Source: Octopus bimaculoides (Eukaryota). Taken from it: a DNA stretch of 64,000 bases. Where the stretch lies: NCBI RefSeq assembly GCF_001194135.2, contig NC_068983.1:129641420-129705419 (forward strand). Direction: 5' to 3'. The position numbers were made by a program, and so were the translations under genes. Positions within the stretch are counted from its first letter, which is position 1, and each line of letters begins with the position of its first letter. This document shows, in pieces, positions 14,542-24,238 of this stretch. A model generated the notes under the pieces. That model saw only the letters and a program-made list of their open reading frames with translations. It was not told the origin of the DNA and made no database searches.

Positions 14542-14611
14542 TTGACTATTGACACACAGTTTGTGCCCATATAGCATTGACTATCGACACACAGTTTGTG
14601 TCCGTATAGCA
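14542..14611. repeat. 35-bp tandem duplication
   Basis: ttgactattgacacacagtttgtgcccatatagca followed by ttgactatcgacacacagtttgtgtccgtatagca (3 mismatches). Confidence 0.95.
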
Positions 14612-14739
14612 TTGCCCCCCACATCTCTATCCCTATCTGATGCAGATATATATTCTGACTAGGTTTGTGAACTGTGCAAACCATTCTCCCTCTCTAATCA
14701 ACTCCATAATCATAATCTACCATCAAAATCTACCAAAGT

Positions 14740-15066
14740 GTTTGACCTTAGCCAGTTGAGCATGTCCCTTGGTGGCTGACGATATGTGCATCTCTGATCA
14801 TGAGCAGAAGTAGTGGGGGAGCATCATAGCCATGTGTTGAGAGGAATTATTTCGGGTTTGGATAATTCATCTTTGGAAACATTGGTGTTTTGCTCAACAT
14901 CCTTAAACATACCTTATTTAGGGACCTTTTGAGCAGGATGCGCTATTCGACGTGAAGAAAATTCTTACAGGGCCCCACCTGCGAGGTCGTGTGCTGTTTA
15001 TCTTGATATGAGACCACCATGTCACGCACATATGGTTGTGATGCATGTGCCTGGTATACCCTTATC
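14740..15066 (+). mobile_element. Retroposon 3'-region fragment; homologous to 38165-38368 and 39630-39860
   Basis: The block cccacctgcgaggtcgtgtgctgtttatcttgatatgagaccaccatgtcacgcacatatg is shared with both later copies. The 39.6-kb copy ends in an (AAT)n tail. Confidence 0.7.
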
Positions 15067-16444
15067 ACTTTGTTATCTTTTCTTATAGGTGCAAAAGCTT
15101 ATTTAATTGAATATGGCTTCACTTGTGTAAATATACATAAATATGTATATATGGCCATATGTATGTTTTCAGGAAAAAAATAATTAATTAATGCTGCTTC
15201 TATCTGTACATATATAAGAAAGTAAACTGAGTCATCAATTTGCTTATAGGCAGAGTGGTGAAACAAACTTATTATATATGTAGGTAATCGATTATTGATT
15301 GTGATTGTATTCTGTGTTAATTTTTGTAAGAACTTGATCGCAGAACAGTAGTGAAAATTGCAATAAACGTTTTGATCAATGTATCTTTTAAATTTATTAG
15401 TTGCACATCCTTCAAAATACGCTGTGTTGTCTTAGAAATAAGAATCACTTTGAGAGTTTGCTAATACATACATTGTGAGTATGATGAAATAATATATATC
15501 AAGTTGAGAAGGTAAACGCTCGTGTTCATAGATAAACATGATCTCAACCGAGCCTAAGGTATACAACAGTATAAGGAAAACTACTGTTCGATACTTAAGG
15601 GGTCAGTTTGATATCGACGGCTGAGATACTGCGTGTTTATTGGGGTTTTTTTTTTGTTGTTTTTATCGCTGATATGAAGAATACTTTTCACCATTTATAG
15701 TGAATAATAATAATCTATTTCTTTCACCACCTTGAATTATTTTAGTAGAGTGAATATACCCCATTACTTATTTTCTTAAACCTGGTTTTTATTCTATAGG
15801 TCTGTCTTTACAAACGGCTGAGTTAATTAATGTCCAGATACATTTCAAAACTATATTTGCAGATAACCGAAAATATTGCACATTATTTGTTTGTGAGAGA
15901 AGGCATAAAATATTGTATGTCTAATTGTTGACTCATTACTAGTTAATATTTGGTTATTGAATACGTTGATCATCCGCTCTGTCTTTGCTGATCATTTTAT
16001 AGTTGTCATAAATGCCTAAGTACAAATTGTTAGCATCGCCAGGCGTAATGTTTACTGGGAAATAGCATATATTAATCTTCATGCATGTTCCCTCCTTCGC
16101 TTTTCTGATCCTACCGGGTGATTTCCTCTTCATATCTTTAATTATCTTCAACAGTAAGGCTGCCAATATAAACTACGGATATTAATATTTATAAGATTCA
16201 TTATGATATAGCTTTCATCAACTATACAATTGATATTTGAGCCATGCGTTGACCATCGCATAGATGATCATACACGTTTCTCCAAAAGTGAGACACGCCA
16301 GATTTAGGATTTCATTTCTTGCTTCAAATACACCATCTCCATCGATACTTGTAAAATGTAGAGGTAAAATTGTTGGGCAAGGTTCAGAGGAAGATAAAGT
16401 GAGTAGTCCGATATCGCTCATTAACTGAAAGAACCCTATGAACA

Positions 16445-16573
16445 TTATTTAGATAACTTACATTATTTACACTTGACGGATAAAACAACGTTTTAGCTGA
16501 TATACTCTCCTGCCATCATGGGGTGTCTTGAGGAAATTTCGAACCTGGGTTCTCATTCTTAAGGTATATTTTG

Positions 16574-16639
<66 letters not shown>

Positions 16640-16795
16640 CAACAACACCGAAAAATACCTTAGGAATGAGACCCAGGTTCGAAATTTCCCCAAGAAACCT
16701 GATGAAGGCTGGACGATAAAGCGGGCGAAACGTTATGTTAAAACAAACATGACGAGGACAAATATCCATAAAACGTAAATAATGTAAATAATGGG
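16445..16795. mobile_element. Two inverted (head-to-head) copies of a Penelope-like terminal repeat flanking an (AAT)n/(AAC)n tract
   Basis: Left arm ~16455-16572, reverse complemented, reads aaatataccttaagaatgagaacccaggttcgaaatttcctcaagacacc. Right arm from 16651 reads aaaataccttaggaatgagacccaggttcgaaatttccccaagaaacc. Both arms end in tatcc...gtaaataatgtaa. Confidence 0.8.
16699..16735 (+). ncRNA. Hammerhead-ribozyme-like core (degenerate)
   Basis: CTGATGA at 16699-16705, an imperfect stem II (ggctg/cgggc) and GAAAC at 16727-16731. I could not close stem I. Confidence 0.55.
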
Positions 16796-16869
16796 ATGAA
16801 TGCGTGTCGTGAGCTAGAAGTTGATCTGGACAGTTTTTCGAAGGTCTTCGCTGGTGATGGAAGTTGATG

Positions 16870-17102
16870 CTACGGAATTTGCAGATGTGGAAGAGATGAA
16901 GACACAAACGATAGAGACTTTAAAAGGCATCACTTCGCAAGAGTTCCAGCAATGCTTCGAACGGAGGAAAGCGCATCTAGACCGACCAAGGCATTGCTTC
17001 AAATGGTGAATATTGTTTAGGCGATAAAAGCGTAAACATGTAAGACTCAGTGAATAAAATAAGATTGCAAAGTTCTGGTTTGTTTTGGGTACACCCACGC
17101 AT
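16870..17102 (+). mobile_element. Tc1/mariner transposase C-terminus and right TIR remnant
   Basis: Translation FADVEEMKTQTIETLKGITSQEFQQCFERRKAHLDR, then a frameshift to IASNGEYCLGD. This fits the mariner C-terminal pattern (F..CF..W...LD.CI..NGEYFEGD). It is followed by the TIR-like end ttttgggtacacccacgca. Confidence 0.85.
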
Positions 17103-18822
17103 GACTACAATATACTACTTTTAATCAGATGTTTGCAAAATTATTCGCAATTACAAAGAATGAGTTGTGTTTTGTCTTGAAATCTTGTGCTGTTTTGCTG
17201 CCGTCATTATATAGTCTTTCACTAAACAGTTCTTCTTGCTTGAGAAGTTGAATGGGCATTGATATAAAAAATTGTAAAGTAATAAAATGTATTCATAAAA
17301 ACACAATGGATATCATGGAATATATCTTCATACATTAGTAAACCGTATCAAAATGTGTATTGAACACATTAAATATTAGAAAGAGTGGAAGTTTGATGCT
17401 GTACAGTATTATCCTCTTCTAAATTTATATTACTCAAACTCTGCTGTTACTGAGGATATAGAAACGTTCATTCAACAACAATTCCAATTGATATATTATT
17501 TCTTACGGATAATGATGTTTTCTTTTTTTTTTTACAATTTTCTTGGGTTTTATTTATGAATTGTGCCCCAAGTACATTAATGGTAATATCTCAGAATAAT
17601 GAAGGCCTAAACTGTGCAGTTTTGTCATGCTTTTCATTTACAGAACGGATCTGGTGATCAGTAATCGAAAGAGGAAACATTGAAAACGTATTATAGTCAC
17701 CAATTGAGAAAAACGCAATGCATTTGTGTTTAAATAACTGGAAGCCGATGGCAGTTGGGTTATGTGCAGATACAGTACATTTCCCGATATGGAACAACTC
17801 AGTTTTACACAAGCGGGCATGTAAATATCTACCAAATTTATAAGACTGAATTGAAGGAAATACATAACATACATATACAATTGGATATTCTCATTCAGCT
17901 CATTCGGAATACACTTGAGAGTAGTTACTGCACTTGTTTCTAATCTATTGTATATGTATTACCAGTTATGACATCGCATAATCACCGTAGATCATTCTTG
18001 AAATCTAAATCAGGATTATAATTCATTCTGAGTAATGAGATGTTCGAGTGTGTGTCGCTTGTGAGGTCTAAAAGAAATTACATTACGTTTGCTTACTAGT
18101 TAACTCATTATCTCTGATAGAAACATTGCATTTTTCCTTATAGCCAAATAAAGCTGCAACCTGTGCCAAGTCATTTACAGCAAAACGGACGAAGATAGAT
18201 CTCGTTTACTGGAGAAATTAATGCCAACAATTCTTACACAAACACTATGTTTATTTTCCTCTTTACCTTGAATCTGAGTTTATAGGTCCAACAAACCCTT
18301 CGGCAGCTACAATTTCACTAATTATCTTCACGTCATATGATCAAGAATAGAAGGAATAAGTTTATAAAAATAGCTTTGTTTAGTTTGGTAAGTATTGTTG
18401 ATATCACGCACCGAAACAGGCTGATGTACATAGCAAAGGCTTCTAAAACACATAATTATAAACTACCATGAGGTCGGTAACATGAAAGAAATACTAAAAC
18501 TTCGATGAAGGCATTGTATATATTTGTGTGCACGTGTGTTTTTATTTATATACTATGTGTCTATACATGGGTGTGTGTGTTTTATGTCTGTCTGTTTGCA
18601 TGTGTGTTTGTTTGCGTATGTGTGTAAGTGTGTGTTGTCTGTATCATTGAACTCTCTTATGCCCTAACGGATTTCTATTTCTGTGTAAATATGTACGTAT
18701 ATGTTCGTATATACATACTTATGTAAAAATTACACAAAGATTCAATGCAGGTAGGGCAAGAGAAAGAGAGTGTCTGAGAGAGATAGACATAAATATGTAG
18801 CTCTGTGAGTGAATGAATATCG

Positions 18823-18855
<33 letters not shown>

Positions 18856-18972
18856 TATACATTGGAGTTTGCGTGTTCACCGCCTTGATTATGTGTTCTC
18901 GTGATTATACTTATGTGTAGGTATCTATGCCCGGATATTTCACTTGACTTGTTGGTATGCGAGCAAATCATA

Positions 18973-19036
<64 letters not shown>

Positions 19037-19196
19037 CTCGCTTATTCATTCACGTACAGGGACATTCGCACACTTATGTACGTAATTAATCTTTGTAGTG
19101 ATGCATACGCATGTGCAAGCATATGTACTCGCATCCTTACATATGTATATGTGTGTGTGTGTGTTTATGTGTGTGTATGGGTGTGTGTGTGTGTTT

Positions 19197-19500
19197 GGAG
19201 GCGCAATGGCACAGTGTTTAGGGCAGGGGATTCGCGGTCGGAAGATCGCTGTTTCGATTCCCAGACCGGGCGTTGTGTGTGCTTATTGAGCGAACACATC
19301 TAAAAGTTCCACGAGGCTCCGGCAGTGGGGGGGGGGCAACCCCTGTTGTACTCTTTCGCCCCAGATTTCTCTCACTCTTTCTTCCTGTTTCTTGAGTAAA
19401 ATGCTGCGATGGACTGGCGTCCCGTCCAGCTAATGGGGAACACATACGCCATGAAAACTGGGGAACCAGCCCTATGCCCCACAAGGGGCTAAGAGGATGT
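19197..19500 (+). mobile_element. tRNA-derived SINE
   Basis: Pol III A-box-like tggcacagtgt (19207-19217) and B-box-like gtttcgattcc (19251-19261). A second copy lies at 10.1 kb. Confidence 0.85.
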
Positions 19501-19693
19501 CCAACAGATATATATGTATATNNNNNNNNNNNNNNNNNNNNNNNNNNNNNNNNNNNNNNNNNNNNNNNNNNNNNNNNNNNNNNNNNNNNNNNNNNNNNNT
19601 ATATATACATATATTCAATACATCATAAACAAAGTAAGAAAAAACAGGAAAAAAAAAACAACGCGATGATGTGCAATAAGTACTGTGTTATTG

Positions 19694-19755
19694 GACGCCT
19701 AGGAAAGGAAAGAAAAGAAGGAGGATTTCACGTATAGAGCAGAGCTTTTCATCAG
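19694..19755 (-). ncRNA. Type I hammerhead-like ribozyme, probably inactivated
   Basis: Minus strand: CTGATGA, stem II aagc-tct-gctc, TATAC in place of GAAAC, acgt pairing with gcgt around a pyrimidine-rich loop, then a GTC cleavage triplet. Confidence 0.6.
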
Positions 19756-19889
19756 AAATATAGCAAAAGTCCTAAGAAGGGAAGACCGAGAAAGAAAAAC
19801 GCCAACGATACACAAGCAGTCACATATTGAAATGACCGAAAGGGGAAGGCTGGAGAATAAGTTCTTTTCAAAGAGAGGGGAGGGCAAGT

Positions 19890-20432
19890 GAAGGAGGTAT
19901 GTGTGTGTATGTGTGAGTATGTGCGTGCGCGTAAGTCTCTGTGTATGTAATGACAGCACATGTATGTGTGTGTATGTGTGTGTTTGTGTGGTTGTGGCTG
20001 TTTATATATGTGTGTGGATGGACAGAATATCGTTTAATGTCTTAGGAAGAATTTATAGTAAGAATTTTAGCAGGAGTGGCTGCATGTTGTGTGTCTACAT
20101 ACACATGGCGTAGGAGAATGGTCAGTGGAAAGGTACTGGTAGTTTCAAATATGTGTGTCTGCGTATATGTATATGTAGTGCGTGTGTGTTTTGTTTCCAG
20201 TGGGCGTCTCTGTATGTATGTATGTGTGTGTGTACGGGTGGTTATGTGTGTACATGTCAGGTTGTGCCTGTGGAATATCAGTACTTTACTCTATGTGTGT
20301 GTGCGTGTGTGTGCTTGTATGTGCGTGTGTGTGCGTACATGTATGTCTAATTGTGTGAGTGTATGTATCAGTGTGTGTTGTGTGTGTATGGGAGGTGTGG
20401 GTGGATTCATCTTCGCGTGCGTGTATGTGTGC

Positions 20433-20483
<51 letters not shown>

Positions 20484-21270
20484 AGTGCGTGTGAGTGTAT
20501 GTGCGTGTGTATATCCCTGTTTGTGCGTGTGTATTTTGTGTGTGTCCATGAGTGTGGGCGCGTGTATATGTGTTTATGCATGTGTGTGCGAACGAGGGGG
20601 TATATTGGGTGGTATAGGTGCGTACATTTTGCGCGTGTATGCATGTTCGTGTGTGTACGTGTGTATGTGTGTGTGCGTGTAGTTGTGTGTGCGTGTATAT
20701 GTGTTGCGTATGCGGGTGTGTATACGTGTATGCGTGGGCTTGTGCGTGTTAGGAATGTGTGCGTGCTTGCGTGTGTGCATGTGCGTGCGTGTTCTTGCCC
20801 ATGGGTGTGTATGTATGTGTATGTCAGTGTGCATATGTGTGTGTGCGTATGTGTATGTGCATGAGTACATGTGTGTATGTGCGTGCGTGTGTATGTGTGT
20901 GTGTGAACGTGGAGATGTGTGTCGGGTTATGTGTGCCTTTACTTGCGCGTATGCACGTGTGCATGAGTATGTATGCGTATGTGGCTATGCGTACGTGTGT
21001 ACGGTTATACGTGTGTGTATATAGGTATGTTTGTCTGTGTGTGCATGGGGTTGTGTGGGTTAGGTATCTGCGCATTCCTGTACGTGCGTATGTATGTGCA
21101 CGTGGGTGTATGTGTGTGTTTGTGTGTGGAAGTATGTGTGTGTATATATGTGCATGTACGTGTGTTGCATTTGTGTGTGTGGTGCGTGTGGGAGGTATAT
21201 GTGCGTTTATGTGTGTACACGGATGTATGTGTTTTTTTGTGTGTCGGGGCATGTACGTATGTGTGTTTAT
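19890..21270. repeat. Long cryptic (GT/CA)-rich degenerate repeat
   Basis: About 1.35 kb of interrupted GT/GC/AT dinucleotides with small unique islands. It produces the spurious V/C/H/T-rich ORFs in the track. Confidence 0.95.
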
Positions 21271-21419
21271 ATAGAAAAAAAAAAATTATAAAAAAAGGTT
21301 GAAAGGAGATCAAGAAGTTAATGCAATATAAAATGGCGCAATTGCAAGCACGAAATGAAAAATGAGATAAGGTTGCTTAGTTGCAGGAAGTGTAGAGGCA
21401 GTCAATAGGAGGGGAGGTT

Positions 21420-22015
21420 TGTGTTTGTCCGAAAGGGGATAGTAGTTCGTAGAACATAGATATACTGCTGTTCTAGGTGGAGTCGTGTGTGTGTGCATCC
21501 CTAGAGTAGGGCGAGCCAAAGACAAAGATGTTAGAGGAGTGTTTGTGTGGCTAAGCGGAAGTGACGGGCGAGGGTGGGGTTCGCACGTAACAGGATATCC
21601 CTTAGATGTTCGGTGAACCGGACGCCCATTCGACGGCCCGTCTGACCTACGTATAGTTTACCACAGATGTTGCATCTAATACAGTATATGAGGCTGGAAG
21701 TGGTGCAAGAGAAGGAATTTCTTATGCGAAGAGTTTGCTGATTAGAACCAGTTAGAGAAGTGGTATTGGTGATGAAGGGGCAGGTGCTGCACGGGAAGGA
21801 TCTGGGTGGGGTTGGGGGGGGAGAGGACCAGAACGTCGCGTAGGTTCCGGGCGCGTTTAAAGGAGGACAGGGGTGGGTTAGGGAAAATGGTGCGGGTGGT
21901 GGTATCGAGCTGGAGACGACGGAGGCCCGTAGAATCCTCCAACTAAAAGGTAGTGGGGAGGGGTGTAAAATAGGGGAAAGGGAGTGTGGTTAGGGGCTAT
22001 CGGTTATCCAAATAG
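21420..22015 (-). pseudogene. Penelope-like GIY-YIG endonuclease and linker, frameshifted
   Basis: RRLQLDTTTRTIFPNPPLSSFKRARNLRDVLV, frameshift, FPCSTCPFITNTTSLTGSNQQTLRIRNSFSCTTSSLIYCIRCNICGKLYVGQTGRRMGVRFTEHLRDILLRANPTLARHF, frameshift, RLHLEQQYIYVLRT. This contains the IY..YVG.T..R..EH signature. The track misses the core because it has no start codon. Confidence 0.93.
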
Positions 22016-22274
22016 CGAACGAAAACTCAAAAGGGAAAGTGAGAGATTTTGCAAATGAGAATGGAAAACTCCGCAGTCAATTCAATGAATATTTAAATTT
22101 GCGAGAAATTGGAGTTAAAAACTTACAAGAAACTTGAGAAGTCGAACTTTTTTAGAATATGAATTTATAAAAATATTTAAAGGCGGTCAACCATTTAATA
22201 ATTGATTTTAGTACTTTTAGTAATTGTTGCATACCTAATTAATAAAGAGCATTCTGTATTATAGTAAACATTTA

Positions 22275-22275
<1 letters not shown>

Positions 22276-22337
<62 letters not shown>

Positions 22338-22350
22338 CAGCAGCAGCAGA
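22276..22350. repeat. (TAG)n/(CAG)n microsatellite
   Basis: Visible directly in the sequence. Confidence 0.95.
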
Positions 22351-22812
22351 AGCAGCTGTCATTGGTGTAATCTTCATTGCTGTTGTTGTTGTTGATGTCG
22401 CGGGGATGGTGCTGATGTCGGTGGTGAAATAGTTTGAATTATTGACTATGCCAAATGTGTATATAATAGTCATACATATATTTGCCTCACTTTTAGGAGA
22501 AAATGTTTTTAAAATATATATAATAGTATTTATTCCTGAATAAGATAACTCGGATTTAATGACGGTGCAAAATGTTCAGATATGTCGCATAGATGTATAA
22601 TAATATTCAAAGGTCGTTTGCATTTTGTTATCTTTGGTACTTCTGACATTTTGGTCAGGGCTTCCGTTGTAGCTTAATCAATTGTGTGAACCATTTGCTC
22701 TGGCATTTAACACAGAATTTTGGTGACAGCTTACATCGACTCTCCTTGTTGCGTTTGTATTCTCCCATGGACGCAGGTGTGAAATCGATTCGGTTATTTA
22801 CGTGTGTGTGTG

Positions 22813-22913
<101 letters not shown>

Positions 22914-23060
22914 GTGTGTGTATGTGTGTGTGTATTTGTGTGTGTGTGTGTATATAAAATGGTGAACATTTAAACAAAAAAAACTGCACTGAACAAGGCA
23001 GTTTTACACGATAGAGCAAGTAGTCTAAGTGACCAAATCCACATATAAGAGCAATTTTGA

Positions 23061-23273
23061 GGGCGGTGAGCTGGCAGAAACGTTAGCACGCCGGGCGAAA
23101 TGCTTGGCGGTATTTCATGTGCCGTTACGTTCTGAGTTCAAATTCCGCCGCGGTCGACTTTGCCTTTCGTCCTTTCGGGGTCGATAAATTAAATACCATA
23201 TGCGTACTGGGTCGATCTAATCGACTGGCCCCATCACCAAAATTCTCGGGCCTTGTGGCTAGAGTAGAGAAGA
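23061..23273 (+). mobile_element. Full-length tRNA-derived SINE with perfect 18-bp target-site duplication
   Basis: Head ggcggtgagctggcagaaacgttagc and B-box-like gagttcaaattcc. ATATAAGAGCAATTTTGA occurs at both 23043-23060 and 23274-23291. Confidence 0.92.
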
Positions 23274-23477
23274 ATATAAGAGCAATTTTGAAAGGAATGA
23301 AAAAAAAAAAAAATTACCTTGTTATTATTTTTCATTCTCTTTAAAAATGCACTTAAACGTGGTTTTGGCCGTTTCGACTAGTTCTAGCGTGTAAAACTGC
23401 TTGTTGAAATCAGTTTCTCTTGTGTTTAAATGTACACTATTTTATATTGATAATATGTTTTATCTTTTTCTCTTTCA

Positions 23478-23675
23478 CTCTTTTATTTGTTTCAGTCATT
23501 TGACTGTGGCCATGCTGGAACACTGCCTTTAGCCGAGCAAAACTACCCCAGGACTTATTCTTTGGATGCCTAGTACTTATTCTATCGGTCACTTTTACCG
23601 AATCGCTGAGTTACGGGGACGTAAACACACCACCATCGGTTGTCAAGCGATGTTGGAGGGACAAACACAGACATG
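23478..23675 (-). mobile_element. SINE 3' portion
   Basis: Homologous to 12170-12362 in the opposite orientation. It resembles a very common octopus repeat (from recall). Confidence 0.8.
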
Positions 23676-24190
23676 CAAATATATATACACACACACATAC
23701 ATATATATATGTATATATATATATATTTATATATATATACATTAACATACATACACACATATCTCTCTCCCTCTATCTCTCTATCTATCTGTCTCTCTCT
23801 CTGTATATATATATATATATATATNNNNNNNNNNNNNNNNNNNNNNNNNNNNNNNNNNNNNNNNNNNNNNNNNNNNNNNNNNNNNNNNNNNNNNNNNNNN
23901 NNNNNNNNNNNNNNNNNNNNNNNNNNNNNNNNNNNNNNNNNNNNNNNNNNNNNNNNNNNNNNNNNNNNNNNNNNNNNNNNNNNNNNNNNNNNNNNNNNNN
24001 NNNNNNNNNNNNNNNNNNNNNNNNNNNNNNNNNNNNNNNNNNNNNNNNNNNNNNNNNNNNNNNNNNNNNNNNNNNNNNNNNNNNNNNNNNNNNNNNNNNN
24101 NNNNNNNNNNNNNNNNNNNNNNNNNNNNNNNNNNNNNNNNNNNNNNNNNNNNNNNNNNNNNNNNNNNNNNNNNNNNNNNNNNNNNNNNNN

Positions 24191-24238
<48 letters not shown>

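Larger units (their letters stand above)
19640..22020 (-). mobile_element. Penelope-like retroelement, 3' portion (RT-endonuclease linker, GIY-YIG domain, CA-rich tract, terminal repeat)
   Basis: The GIY-YIG peptide is read directly (next feature). A hammerhead-like motif lies on the same strand at 19694-19755. That all parts belong to one element is inferred from strand and order. Confidence 0.7.

Noticed and set aside
14542-14611. 35-bp repeat of CRISPR-like unit length
   Set aside because: Two directly adjacent units with no spacer, in a eukaryotic context, with no cas genes.
19197-19265. tRNA-like sequence
   Set aside because: It has only A/B boxes and no full cloverleaf; it is the head of a SINE. 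The same applies to 23061-23145.
20076-21302. Cys/Val/His/Thr-rich ORFs up to 262 aa
   Set aside because: They are translations of the cryptic GT/CA repeat, not metallothionein-like or zinc-binding proteins.
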